A stretch of 63,991 nt of DNA, filler included, from Nemertoderma westbladi (lineage: Eukaryota > Animalia > Xenacoelomorpha), in assembly GCA_032718475.1 (NCBI GenBank). It is 5 parts of 5 records of this genome, joined end to end, with 100 filler letters (N's around TTAATTAATTAA, not from the genome) between each part and the next. Parts side by side here need not be neighbours in the genome. Positions count along the whole stretch, not along the records: positions 42,698 to 58,329 come from JAUCBJ010006515.1; positions 58,430 to 63,991 come from JAUCBJ010007980.1; 3 more parts are not named here. One strand, written 5' to 3'. The position numbers and the translations under genes were made by a program. Positions 48,465 through 60,140 of the stretch are shown piece by piece. Positions within the stretch are counted from its first letter, which is position 1; each line of letters opens with the position of its first letter. Under the pieces are notes generated by a model. It saw only the letters and a list, made by a program, of their open reading frames with translations, ran no database searches and was not told where the DNA came from.

Positions 48465-51021
48465 CGTCACTCTCATGGCAAGTTGACTAATTGGTAAAAT
48501 TAGCAATTTGAGATATACTGTTTTATTGTGATCACCATGGTAAAACATTAACTGGTACTCTTATTTCCAGTCATACACATTAGAAATACTCTGAAATTCT
48601 GAAACCTACATATTTTATATGTATACAATGAGAATCATGAGATCGTCATGCCATTTTGTCACTTTAGCAATTTAGCCATATAGCACCTCTTGCACAGACC
48701 ATATTGAAAACCAACATGATGCCAAAACACTTAAGTGACAATTGCATAACATTTTATCACTTTTGTTGTTTTGCCATATAATAGCCGCACACAGACCATG
48801 TTATAAACCAAACAGTGTATAAATGCTAAAATGTGAAAATAATTTGCAAAATTTCAATATTACACAACCAATGTTTCATCAATGTAATATAAATGAATAA
48901 GATATTTCTTATTTTACAATATCCAATACATTATTTAGACGGTACCGATATATTAAGATGTAAGCCTGTTCTTAAATAATAATTAAGATAGAAGAGTTAC
49001 TTTTACTTATTCATCAACCCAATAACCTGCTGACCAGATGAATCAATACCTTCACCTTCGTCATAGTGTGGTTCATCCAGGTACTCGATGATTTCTCCAC
49101 TGTGGGGCATGTTTATATAATAATAGTGAAAATCAGGTTGGATTGGTGGGGCTGGTCCAGCACAACTTAATATAAGATCATTGTATTTAGCATTGTTCAA
49201 ATTTTGCATCGGTTATCTTTATGACATCTGGTGGTTGTAATCGGCGCTCTGATCTCCGCCTGGGTAAACGGTATGTAACATCCATAACTTTGAAGTCATC
49301 TGCAAAGGAATGTTTGTACCATATCTTCGTGGGTTCTCCTTTTATGTACTTCAAGTTAACAATCTTTGGCCAATTGAAAGCCTCAAATACACATTTCTTA
49401 GGATCATTATCATCGCAATGAATCATGTGCTTTGTAGTATTTACGAAACATGAATCTGCTACTTTCTTGAGATCAACAATATCCTCATGATTGATTTCAG
49501 TTATATCATAGGGATTTTCACTGCGACAATCTTTCATTCTGTCTATCCAGCACTTTGTGGTTATCTGACTCTTCCTTCTTGCTTTTCTTTCAATCACACT
49601 GTGCACACTATCAACCTCCATTTGTGTGTGTCCTGTAACCAAGAACTTCTGTTCTATGCATTCCAAGTTGTTACTTCCTTGTACTTCATGAAGAAGGGCA
49701 GTGGCAACAAGTTGATTCTTATTTTGTCCAGTACAACTATCCGTGGTAAAACATAGGTGTTTAACATATGAGGGCAGGTTTTTTATGTATTTAATCATAC
49801 AACTGCCAATTTCGGCCGCCCCACGCTTTCCCTCCCACTGTTTCCAAACATAACACGAAACATCATTTGGTGGTGCCTGGTGATAAACCACAAAGTTATA
49901 AAGAGATGCTTTCCTGAGGTAATATAAATCCGGTATAGAATCTCCCTTTGGCAGTGGCATCACTTTCATTAAATCAGCTGTTGTCGCATGATAGGATGGG
50001 TCAGTAATTGAATGCCTTTTGTCCTTCACTTTCTCATCTCTTACGAGATTAATAGTTTCCCTGTGTGGTTTAAGAATATTTTCCATATATTCCTTCTTAG
50101 CATCAGGCGTTTTCTCAAAATGAACAGCATTGCAGAGAGCGCAGGCATCCGTGTAGAGCAAGTTGCAATAGGTGTACAATATCCAATAGGTAATGTCCCA
50201 CAAAAGAATGCCTGACACACTCTTTGGGTACTATGTTTTGTTGGATGCTCTAAATTATATATGAATTGCGATGTTCAGCCTTTGCAGATTTTCTTTCCAC
50301 TTTGTTGCAAGTTTGCTTTACGTTTAATTTTACGTTTATCATCTATTTCAAGTAGCTTCAAACTGGAGGCTATGAAATCGTCTTGTCTTGCTTTGTTCAT
50401 ATCTCGAAAACAACGAAATATACTTAGTTGGCTGTCCTTATTGAAGTTGATAATTGATGTTAACGACATACTGACTAACAGGGGGTTGGTATGTATATAT
50501 TAAATTAAATTAACATCTTACAAATAATTTCGTATAATTTTAGATTATTAGATAGTAGATTCTACTATAAATTCTAAAATTCTAAATAAATGCTTGATAA
50601 ATAGCATCTTATAAATAATTTTGTATAATTTTACTAAAGTAGGATGTAAGGATCTATACGTTATCAACTAGACAACCAGACATAATATTATATTAGTAGA
50701 CAGTAACTTGGCTGCAGTTGCATATATACTGATATAATACTTGGTACATTAGTCAATTTGCCATGGAGACAATTAACTTAAATATTGTTGCCCTATAGTA
50801 AGAGTCATTGTGCAATTTAGTCGATTTGCCTACATTTTATAACACCCAGTGTGGGTGGTTCCGTACTTTAGCTGTCTGCCATACTTGAATAAATACAAAA
50901 CAGATAATGATTGGTGGTTGAGACTTTGTCAGATGAAAGCGGGATATTTGAATTACCTAATTCGTTCAAAACCTGAAATATGAAAAATTTACACTTTAGT
51001 CGATTTGCCATGTGAGTGACG
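48465..51021 (-). mobile_element. Sola1-type DNA transposon, internally deleted
   Basis: 26-bp TIRs CGTCACTCWCATGGCAARTYGACTAA; 4-bp TSD AAAG (48461-48464, 51022-51025). Confidence 0.85.
49187..50218 (-). CDS. Sola1-like transposase catalytic region (partial)
   Basis: ADLMK...YYLRK...YNF, CYVW...KRGAAEIGSC, TDSCTGQNKN, KFLVTGHTQMEVDSVHSVIE. Confidence 0.8.
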   Translation of the reverse strand: MSGILLWDITYWILYTYCNLLYTDACALCNAVHFEKTPDAKKEYMENILKPHRETINLVRDEKVKDKRHSITDPSYHATTADLMKVMPLPKGDSIPDLYYLRKASLYNFVVYHQAPPNDVSCYVWKQWEGKRGAAEIGSCMIKYIKNLPSYVKHLCFTTDSCTGQNKNQLVATALLHEVQGSNNLECIEQKFLVTGHTQMEVDSVHSVIERKARRKSQITTKCWIDRMKDCRSENPYDITEINHEDIVDLKKVADSCFVNTTKHMIHCDDNDPKKCVFEAFNWPKIVNLKYIKGEPTKIWYKHSFADDFKVMDVTYRLPRRRSERRLQPPDVIKITDAKFEQC

Positions 51022-52025
51022 AAAGGTCATGCGTATAGGGACAAGGAATGGTGATTTCGACTTGATAGTTGCAGCTATGTATAAATTCTCTCCAGTTTTT
51101 TTCACTCGGCGCAACTATACTTATCAACGTATAATGGCTTATTATTTATCTTCACTAATTAGATTGGATGAGAAGTTTGTAAATTTCTTGAAGGAACGAG
51201 TCTCCTTGGATAGAACAGGCCGCGGAAAGGGACAAGGGCTAGATTATCTGTTAGAAGAAATTCACAAACTTATAAAGGCGCTCACACCCAGCTCAATGCC
51301 TTCAACTATAGAGAAGTGGGAAAAACTTTACGCTTCAGTGAAGCCGCTTGCCAAATTAAGGGACACTGTATTTAAAGAAATTGGATCACGGGATCCAAAA
51401 TTATCATCAGAACAAAACATCAACTACAGACCTTCATATCTACAAAGTATGAATACTTGTTTGCTTGATTGGCAAGAAACTATCCATCAGGCGGATATAA
51501 TAAATCCTCATGGTGAATCTACTCAACCTGAAGGATTTTCCTCAAAATTAGCATATGAGCGCATAAATTTTTATCAGAGGACGGGAACGAAGTTCATCTG
51601 CTGTGACAAATATTCTTGAACACAAACCTAACTATACCTTTGTTGCTAAGCAACCTGTTATACCTATAACTGATAACGAAAGCCAAATTCTAAACAATAT
51701 TAATAACTGGACCAAAGAACAGCTGATCGATTTAGCCAAAGAGTTGATTGGGGAAACAGATATGCCGAATTCAGCTGTTTTACAAGCCCGCAAAACAAAA
51801 GATGACTTAATTGATTTAGTTAAAACCTTACTGAATTAGATAGTGGTAGTGACTAAGTCTGTAAGTGATGATGAAGGTTAGAAGTAGGATAGCCGCCATG
51901 ACTGAATACAATTAAAATATTGTTTGCAATATTTAGTACCCAGTAAAAATCCGCATTCCTAACGCATGGGATGGCGCATATTTCACGCATTCGTAACGCA
52001 TTCTGAAATGTTACATAGATAAACC

Positions 52026-52478
52026 ATGCGATACGAAGAAATAGTCAAATCACTCGAGAATGGCACCATAATGGTAACTTCCCCTGACACATCAACCGGA
52101 TCAAGCAGCAGCAGTGGCGGTACACCAGAATTACAACATCTTGATAATCTTTCCCTGGAAAAGGAAGTAGTAGAAATGCCTCAGCGAGAGTTAGTGACGG
52201 ATCGTAAATGCGCGACGTGTGGTGTAATTTATGATAGCCCAGAGGACAAGCGCTTCAATTCGGTTTTGATTGGTTGCCAAAGATGCGAATACTGGTTGCA
52301 TGAGAAATGCACTGGGTGGTTTGGATTAACCCCGGCCTTGAGAAAGGCCCTTAAGTTCTACTGCCCGACGCACTATCTGGGAAGTAAAGTTCGGCGGAAT
52401 ATAAGTAACTACAACTACCTTACACCAAAAAAAACTAGGAGTAAGAATATTCGGTGCAACAGTGCATTTGGTAAATGA
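52026..52478 (+). CDS. Small PHD-finger protein within the Academ-like element
   Basis: CATC...IGCQRCEYWLHEKC...FYCPTH (C4-H-C2-H variant of PHD). Confidence 0.65.
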   Translation: MRYEEIVKSLENGTIMVTSPDTSTGSSSSSGGTPELQHLDNLSLEKEVVEMPQRELVTDRKCATCGVIYDSPEDKRFNSVLIGCQRCEYWLHEKCTGWFGLTPALRKALKFYCPTHYLGSKVRRNISNYNYLTPKKTRSKNIRCNSAFGK

Positions 52479-52852
52479 AACGAAATGGGAATTTCGTTTT
52501 TAGAGACTGGAGGTGGAGCTGGTGGACTGATAAAATATAATATTGTTTATATACATTATATTGTTGCATATAATTATATATATATATAATATCAGAATAT
52601 TGCATAATTATTTTATTTTACTACCCAGTAAAAAATCCCCATGCATAACGCATTCGTGCCACATGCAGCAGCATTCGTAAAAGGTGCGTGCAATGTTATT
52701 TAAGATTCGTGAAGCCTTTGTCAATGGTTCGTCAGTCCGAATAATTTAACGAATGCGTATAGTATTCGTATCGCATATGAGATTTCACTTGTAAATAAAT
52801 TTGTGGTTCATTATTCGTGGCACATGCGATACGAATGCTTCCACCCTATACA

Positions 52853-53597
52853 TTTTAGTAGATATGGAGGATATGGATTCGTTGGAGGCTATTGTTGGAG
52901 TCGGAGAAAGTCACGAGGAGGGTAATTCCCGAGCATTAACAGGGGCAATTGTCGAAATTCTAAATGTTGTACCAGAATCAATAGTACCGGAACCACCTTG
53001 CGAAATTGATACTGTTTGGCAATCTTTGTTGCTCCCCTTACCGCTTAGTACTTCCTTTGGAGTTCTTACAGTTCTGTCTCACTAAAACCGTTATCATCCC
53101 ATCGCCCACGGGAGAAAGTGCAGTAAACCGTTCTATTCGCTTCTCCTCCACAGATTTAAATTTTGACATGAACTGATGGAGCCGTTGATTTTCAAATTTT
53201 CCCATTGGCATTTTGCCAACATGATGATGCTCTGATTGACCAATATTACTGGATTTAGAGCCAATTGTATTTTCTTTACATGTAGATCATCCTTGATTTA
53301 CACTACATCTCAATTTGGACAAACGTTCTTTCTCCTTTTTATCCCCAATCTTCCGTACTTCCGCGTCGGATAGTTTTTATATGGTGTGTAACTTCCAAGC
53401 CGGAATTAGAACTTCATCGTTGTCAGTATCAATTTCGCAAGGTGGTTCCGGTAATATTGATTCCAGTACAACATTTAGAATTTCGACAATTGCCCCTGTT
53501 AATGTTAATGTTAATGCTCGGGAATTACCCTCCTCGTGACTTTCTCCGACTCCAACAATAGCCTCCAACGAATCCATATCCTCCATATCTACTAAAA
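52853..53597. repeat. ~160-bp inverted duplication (52853-53014 vs 53424-53597)
   Basis: The same peptide MEDMDSLEAIVGVGESHEEGNSRAL...EPPCEIDT is encoded on both strands. Confidence 0.9.
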
Positions 53598-54328
53598 CTC
53601 AGTACCGGTTTGAAGTACCTACCGTACGGCCGTAGGTACTTACTGAGATTGCTGGATTGGGAAAGTTAACTATTTCAAAATTGCCTGATCGGGAAATATT
53701 GTAATTGCCAGATCGGGAAATAACAAAGTGTTAAGGTTAGGCTGAATTATTAAAAATCTGAACAATTATTTTTCACCAAAGTAAAATAATACAATAAAGT
53801 AAATCCTGATCGTTCCGCTAGATGTTGTGTAAAGCTGCGCAAAATAGTTTCTGAATGCGCAAGTGTAAAAATGCTCAAACTTTCTCGATCGGGAAAGGAT
53901 ACTTGCCCGATCGGGCCATTTGACCATATTTCCCAATCGGGGCATTTCACCTGACTGACTGGTCTCCCTTAATTGTGAAATTTAATGAGTATAGAGATAC
54001 TATTGCCTCAGCTGAGCTTTCTAAGGAAAGTATGGATGTAGTTCATTATATTGCAGGATTCATTATTCATAAACTGGAACATAAGAAAGGTGGAAACCTC
54101 ATTGGTTGATGTGAGGATTGTACAAATATCCAGTCTGTAATTGACATCAGATTGTAGTGGTTATTTCGAGGCTATTAATCGAGGCGGATTAAAGAAACCA
54201 TCTACTGAGTTTTTAGGCGTGAGTGCAAGATTGGAAGTATTAGATTCAGTAATAAAAGAATGGGCTTCTTAGATATATATTGCATATTGACTATGACTAT
54301 GCTATTTTTTATGTTCTAAACATAAACA

Positions 54329-56855
54329 GCCAGAACAAGCAGTAAAGTTTTATGAAGAACTGACTGGACTTATTAAGGACATCCCGAAACACAATGTTAA
54401 AGTCATTGCTGGTGACCTAAATGCGCAAATTGGCCCAGAAGACATCAAGGGTTACACCTATAACACCAGTTCTAACAGAAATGGGTACTTACTTTTAGAC
54501 CTAATGGAAGAATGTGAATTGATACCAACAAACAACACATTCGAAAAGAGTAAGGGGAAGCTATGGACCTTTCAATACCCTAATGGAACCAAAGCACAAC
54601 TGGATTACATCCTTATAAACAAAAAGTGGAGAAATAGCATGATCAACTGCGAGGCATACAGCTCGTTCAACCTAATTGGTTCGGACCACAGAATTGTGAC
54701 TGCAGAGATCAGACTCAGTTTGAGAGCCAGTAAACCCAGGACAAGCAAGCAAATCAACTATGACTGGGAGAAACTCAGAACTGACAATGCTGTAAAGGAT
54801 GCTTATACAGTAGAAGTTCAAAACCGCTTTGAAGCACTTCAGTCAATGGATGAAGACCAATCCACCGATTCAATATACCAGAATATAATAACAGCCCACA
54901 AGGAATCAGCTAAGAGGCATATCCCCCAGAAACCTAAACGAAAACAGTATGTGCCATGGCAAAACTCTGAGGTTACTTGTAAGAGAGAAGATCTCAAGAT
55001 AGCCTACAAAGTTAAAACCGAACAACCAACAACCGAAAACATCAACAAGGTTGAGAAAGCTAAGGACGATCTTAAATTGGCCTACAACATCAGCCAGGAA
55101 AAGTACATACAGGATAAAACTGAAGCAATTACAACTGCTCACATACAGCAACAATCAAGACTTACCTGGCAAACTGTAAATGAGGTATCTGGTCGGAAAA
55201 GTTGTGCAAAGGGGCGCCTCAAAGCCGATAGTCCTGAAGAACGTGTTGGGAAGTGCAAAAATCACTTCAGCAACTTGCTTGGGCAGCCACCAAACATCGA
55301 GGTCAGCCCTACAAGGAAAATATATGACAAGACACTACCTATAGAAACAGGGGACTTCACACCTGCTGAACTCCAAAGAAGCATTAAAAGCATGTCCAAT
55401 AATAAAGCGAGTGGATTAGATGAAATCCCAGCGGAGGTATGGAAAACCGGAGTGCTAAATAGACCATTATTGAATGTTTGCAACCGGATGTTAAAAGGGG
55501 AAAAGCCACCACCAATTTGGACTAAAGGTCAACTAAAGCCTCTCCCCAAGAAAGGAGACCTCGGCATACCAACAAACTATCGTGGGATCTGTCTGCTTGT
55601 GGTAGCTGCCAAAATATACAATAAAATGATTCTATATAGGATTAGGCCTCACATAGAGAAACTACTGCATAAGAGCCAAAACGGATTTCGACCAAGTAGA
55701 TCAACAATAGCTCAGATACTTGCACTACGGAGACTGATTGAAGGAATTAAGTCAAAGAATCTCCCCGCAGTCATGACTTTTGTGGACTTCAAGAAGGCAT
55801 TCGACTCCATCCATAGAGGTAAAATGCTTGAAATCCTAAGAGCTTATGGAATACCAGAAGTAATTGTTGCTGGCATTGGATTGTTATATTGTGACACAGA
55901 AGCGCAGGTACTCTCACCAGATGGTGAAACTGAGTTTTTCTCAATCCTGGCTGGCGTACTGCAAGGTGACACATTAGCACCATTACTATTTGTAATTGTG
56001 CTGGATTACGCAATGAGGACGGCCACAAAGGGTGAAGATCTGGGATTCACACTTCAAGAACGCAGAAGTAGTAGATATCCGGCAACTACAGTCACAGACA
56101 CCGACTTTGCGGATGACATCGCCCTGCTCTCTAATACGCTAGCAGATGCACAGCTTCTACTAAATAAAGTGGAGAGGGCTGCTAAGGAGGTTGGATTGCA
56201 TATAAATGCTACCAAGACCGAATTCATGACCTTTAATGTTGATGGAAACTTGACAACCATTGATAATAATCAACTAAGGAAGGTCGATGACTTCCAGTAC
56301 CTTGGATCATGGATAGAGAGTAGCAAAAAGGACATAGAAGTTAGGAAAGCAAAGGCTTGGGTAGCTCTATCAAATATGGATACCATCTGGAAATCAGATC
56401 TCTCCAGGCACCTGAAGACTAAGTTCTTTCGAGCCACAGTGGAAAGTGTATTTTTATACGGGGGTGAGACCTGGACACTGACTAAATCACTTGAACAACG
56501 AATTGATGGTTGCTACACAAGACTACTAAGGGCAGCCCTAAACATCAGCTGGAGACAACACATGACAAACGCCGAGCTTTATGGTACAATACCACCTGTA
56601 TCAACCACCCTCCGTGAACGCAGATTAAGATTCAGTGGGCACTGCTGGCGAAGTAAAGACGAGGTCATACCAGATCTACTTCTCTGGCAACCAACCCATG
56701 GAAAGCGTAGTCGTGGACGACCTGCCATAACATATATAGATCAACTTGAAAGGGATACTGAACTTGGGAGAAACGAAATTGCGACAACTATGGAGAATCG
56801 GGAAGCCTGGAAGGATCTCATTTCCACTGTCCGAGTTCGCTCGACCTAGTAGTAG
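54329..56855 (+). mobile_element. 5'-truncated RTE-like LINE (family B), young
   Basis: 12-bp TSD TAAACATAAACA (54317-54328, 56856-56867); CC(TAG)n tail; inserted in the P transposase C-terminus. Confidence 0.95.
54330..56849 (+). CDS. RTE-B ORF: partial AP endonuclease plus reverse transcriptase, uninterrupted
   Basis: Open from the truncation point: GDLNAQIG, LDYIL, SDH, FVDFKKAFDS, GVLQGD, FADD, YLGS. Confidence 0.93.
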   Translation, partial: PEQAVKFYEELTGLIKDIPKHNVKVIAGDLNAQIGPEDIKGYTYNTSSNRNGYLLLDLMEECELIPTNNTFEKSKGKLWTFQYPNGTKAQLDYILINKKWRNSMINCEAYSSFNLIGSDHRIVTAEIRLSLRASKPRTSKQINYDWEKLRTDNAVKDAYTVEVQNRFEALQSMDEDQSTDSIYQNIITAHKESAKRHIPQKPKRKQYVPWQNSEVTCKREDLKIAYKVKTEQPTTENINKVEKAKDDLKLAYNISQEKYIQDKTEAITTAHIQQQSRLTWQTVNEVSGRKSCAKGRLKADSPEERVGKCKNHFSNLLGQPPNIEVSPTRKIYDKTLPIETGDFTPAELQRSIKSMSNNKASGLDEIPAEVWKTGVLNRPLLNVCNRMLKGEKPPPIWTKGQLKPLPKKGDLGIPTNYRGICLLVVAAKIYNKMILYRIRPHIEKLLHKSQNGFRPSRSTIAQILALRRLIEGIKSKNLPAVMTFVDFKKAFDSIHRGKMLEILRAYGIPEVIVAGIGLLYCDTEAQVLSPDGETEFFSILAGVLQGDTLAPLLFVIVLDYAMRTATKGEDLGFTLQERRSSRYPATTVTDTDFADDIALLSNTLADAQLLLNKVERAAKEVGLHINATKTEFMTFNVDGNLTTIDNNQLRKVDDFQYLGSWIESSKKDIEVRKAKAWVALSNMDTIWKSDLSRHLKTKFFRATVESVFLYGGETWTLTKSLEQRIDGCYTRLLRAALNISWRQHMTNAELYGTIPPVSTTLRERRLRFSGHCWRSKDEVIPDLLLWQPTHGKRSRGRPAITYIDQLERDTELGRNEIATTMENREAWKDLISTVRVRST

Positions 56856-57954
56856 TAAACATAAACAATTATCGAGGTTGATTCACCGCACTATTATAAA
56901 TGTGTACTTTAATAATGCTCAGAGATATTTTACAAGCATATGGAGTGAGCAAAGTGTAGCCCTATTTAAACAGCGGCAGAGGCAAAAAAAGGTGTGATAA
57001 TTTTAGATTGTGCTGAACTGTGTAATGTGCTATAATAATAATTATTGACAAAATAATTAATTAATACGTAATACAAGTAATAATTAGCAACATTTATTTA
57101 TTTTAACCGGTATGTCAAATTCAAAAATACCCACACATAAAACGAATCTCTATACACCGACTTATAAGTGTTTGAAAAAATCACGTAATAGCCATCAAGC
57201 GGTGGTCCATGGAACTGGTGTGTCCATATTTATGTCTGTCTTTACAGGTGTTGTCCTATTCTACTTAAACTCCATATTTTTCACAACAAGGCTTAACACT
57301 AATATGTAGTGCTTTTATGCTAAGATTGCTGTCTTTTTGGCACGCTCCACAATGGGTGATACTCATAACAGTACTTGTATGCTCAGAGTGCCACCTGCAT
57401 GGCTCGCACCACATCGCGGGATATGAATAATATTGTTACTGTATTCAAATAAGGTCAATAATTAATAATGCTGCGAATGTAAATAATGGCCTCTTTTTTT
57501 TAAGAGGCCGCAGTAGCTTGTTAGGCCGTATATATAGTAGGCCATGCTATAACATTCACTAATAATGCAATCTACTATAGAAACAAAATATTGCGGCTAC
57601 CTGAGCGAGCCACCCACAACCACTGGTAATGTGATGCACTGCATTGAAGGTTTCACTATAACACATTAATCATATAACATAGCAACCAATTAATCATAGA
57701 ACCTAGCAACCAATGAAATATCTTCGCTACCACTACTGGTATGTGAACTGAGGCTGGCTACAAATACAATCTTTGGAGGCTCCAAAGATTGAACAAAATA
57801 ATAATAGCCTTTATGTTACACAAAAGTTAATTTTTTCGTGCTAAAACGATACATGTGAAAAATTATCCACAAAATCGAATAAAAAAACCAAATATGCGCC
57901 TGCGCCAGTTACCAATAGTGCATATCAGGAGTGGCGCCTTAACCCACTTGGCCA

Positions 57955-58072
57955 TATTTATTGCCGCTATAATTATTTATTGCCGCAATAATTATTTATT
58001 GCCCCAATAATTATTTATAAATTGCCGTCATAATTATTTATTGCTGCAATAATTATTTTTTGCCGCAATAAC
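57955..58072. repeat. ~19-bp tandem repeat (TATTTATTGCCGCAATAAT), about 6 copies
   Basis: Directly visible. Confidence 0.75.
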
Positions 58073-58329
58073 AAAGTGATTTAAATATTTTCATGAGTGA
58101 TTTAATTATTTACATACCAGTACACTATTATATTATTTCAAAGTACTGCAGTAAATTGTTATGATTTTAATCCTTTTGAAATGCCATAACCGGTACCATG
58201 TCACTCACTCACTACAAGCACTGATGCAGTAGCAGCACTGTATAGTATCCTCAACAGAAAGCACTTTCACAACCCAATCAGTTGGGGGGGGGGGGGGGGG
58301 GGGGGGGGTGGGGGGGGTCTCCCTTTTCC

Positions 58330-58429
58330 NNNNNNNNNNNNNNNNNNNNNNNNNNNNNNNNNNNNNNNNNNNNTTAATTAATTAANNNNNNNNNNNNNNN
58401 NNNNNNNNNNNNNNNNNNNNNNNNNNNNN
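58330..58429. other. Artificial contig linker
   Basis: N44-TTAATTAATTAA-N44. Confidence 0.97.
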
Positions 58430-58544
58430 GGATGATCTAGCAAATGTCATGGGTGATAGGGAGTTGTGGCGGTGCAATTTTGTTGACAAGCCGGCACAGC
58501 ATTCTTAAAAATGCAGCTGCAATGCAGCATGCCGATCCTAGTAG
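58430..58544 (+). mobile_element. 3' end of an RTE-A copy
   Basis: Matches 37175-37290, including CC(TAG)n. Confidence 0.9.
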
Positions 58545-58983
58545 TTCCGAGGCCGAGGTTGTTATACAAGGTTCCGAGACCGAGGTTGTTATACAAGGTT
58601 CCGAGGCCGAAGTTGTTATACAAGGTTCCGCGACCGAGGTTGTAATACAAGGTTCCGAGACCGAGGTTGTTATACAAGGTTCCGAGACCGAGGTTGTTAT
58701 ACAAGGTTCCGAGGCCGAGGTTGTTATACAAGGTTCCGAGGCCGAGGTTGTTATACAAGCTTCCGAGGCCGAGGTTGTTATACAAGGTTCCGAGACCGAG
58801 GTTGTTATACAAGGTTCCGAGACCGAGGTTGTTATACAAGGTTCCGAGACCGAGGTTGTTATACAAGGTTCCGAGGCCGAGGTTGTTATACAAGGTTCCG
58901 AGACCGAGGTTGTTATACAAGGTTCCGAGACCGAGGTTGTTATACAAGGTTCCGAGGCCGAGGTTGTTGGGTGTATACAAGGT
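58544..58983. repeat. 27-bp minisatellite (GGTTCCGAGRCCGAGGTTGTTATACAA), about 16 copies
   Basis: Directly visible period of 27. Confidence 0.95.
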
Positions 58984-59420
58984 TTTTTTTTATATAAAAG
59001 TAGTATTGTTCACAAATTAAAGGCCTACGTTGTAGATTTTGGCAAATAAATGCATAGTACCATGACCTAATAGTAGGTCATGATAGAACGCAGAACGCAG
59101 ACAAAGATAGGCCTATATATAATAGATAGTTTAAACAAGCGCGAAATCGATTAAAGCTTTAAACGCATAAATTATCACCACAATGAATGGCTTACTACCA
59201 ACCTAAATCATTCCTTCAAGTTTTAATTTGCAAAATTTAAATTTTACAAAACCGAAATATTACCTTCGAAAAAACGTAACATCTAGATATGGGATTGAAT
59301 CCGGTATCTCGAACTGATAATCGTTTAATTAAACTTAAACTTTTAATGAAATTTATTAAATAATTCCTTCCTAATCCTTGTCTGTAATCAATAATTATTT
59401 AAAGGTTTAGTTGTTTTGTA

Positions 59421-60140
59421 TGGCATACATTTAATATCAATATTTAATAATTTAATACGAGTGATATTATTGATCGTTTTAAATGATTTTTGCCATACTG
59501 AATTATTTCGCTGGATATTATTGATCGATTTAAATAATGTTTCAAAACTGCATTATTTTGCTTAATATTATTGGTTGATTTAAAACATGTTGTCTGTTGA
59601 ATTATTTTGCTTGATATTATTATTGCTCGTTTTAAATAAGACAGTAGAAGTATTTCTACCAATAATTGAATGTCCTCATCAGAGAAATCGTTAATCGAGT
59701 TTTATTGCTAACTTTGCAAGGTAAGCAATTTTCACCCCAATTAATTATTTATATCTTGTATTAAATGTAGATCAGCTGGTTGCCAGCTGTTCTCTTGAGG
59801 CTTCATTTGACACTTACCTTTATAGTAAGTGTGAAGTGAAGCCTCAGGAGATCGGCTGTTACCAGGGTGATCTATATTTAATACAAGCAATAATTATCGG
59901 TTGAAATAATTCAACAGTTATTTCGAGAAATCGAGCAATAATATCAAGCAAAATAATTCAACAGTCAACTTGTTTAAGACAACCAATAATATCAAGCGAA
60001 ATACAGCAGTTTTGTAACATTATTAAACGATCAATTATATCAAGCGAAATAATTCAGTATGACAAAAATCATATAAAAACTATCAATAATACCGTATAAC
60101 TCGTATTAAATTATTGAATATTGATACTAAATGTATGCCA
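59421..60140. mobile_element. ~720-bp palindromic foldback/MITE with TA flanks
   Basis: TGGCATACATTTA...TAAATGTATGCCA termini; imperfect symmetry continues to a central CACTTAC...GTAAGTG near 59820. Confidence 0.8.

Larger units (their letters stand above)
47061..51619 (+). pseudogene. Academ-like transposase split by a Sola1 insertion (47061-48464 + 51026-51619, 665 aa when joined); frameshifted flanks at 46788-47030 and 51603-51839
   Basis: In-frame join VLSIK|VMRIGTRNGD; motifs AVDNNQ, MDGSPF, PGLGHIEHNM, DHHK, GLDYLLEE. Confidence 0.75.
46425..53957 (+). mobile_element. Academ-like (DUF6589-like) DNA transposon inserted in the P transposase
   Basis: TIRs CAGTMWGGTGAAATGCCCMGATTGGGAAA; 5-bp TSD ACTGG (46420-46424, 53958-53962). 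Boundaries are firm; the superfamily call rests on motif pattern only. Confidence 0.75.
45393..57546 (+). mobile_element. Defective P-superfamily DNA transposon containing nested insertions
   Basis: ~60-bp TIRs CATKGCCTACTATATATACGGCCTAACAAGCTACTGC...AAAAAGAGGCCATT; 7-bp TSD CTATAAC (45386-45392, 57547-57553); transposase pieces at about 45790-46424, 53963-54316 and 56868-56997. Confidence 0.88.

Noticed and set aside
58444-59049. 201-aa (GSETEVVIQ)n protein
   Set aside because: The start lies in a LINE 3' end and the body is a 27-bp minisatellite open on both strands.
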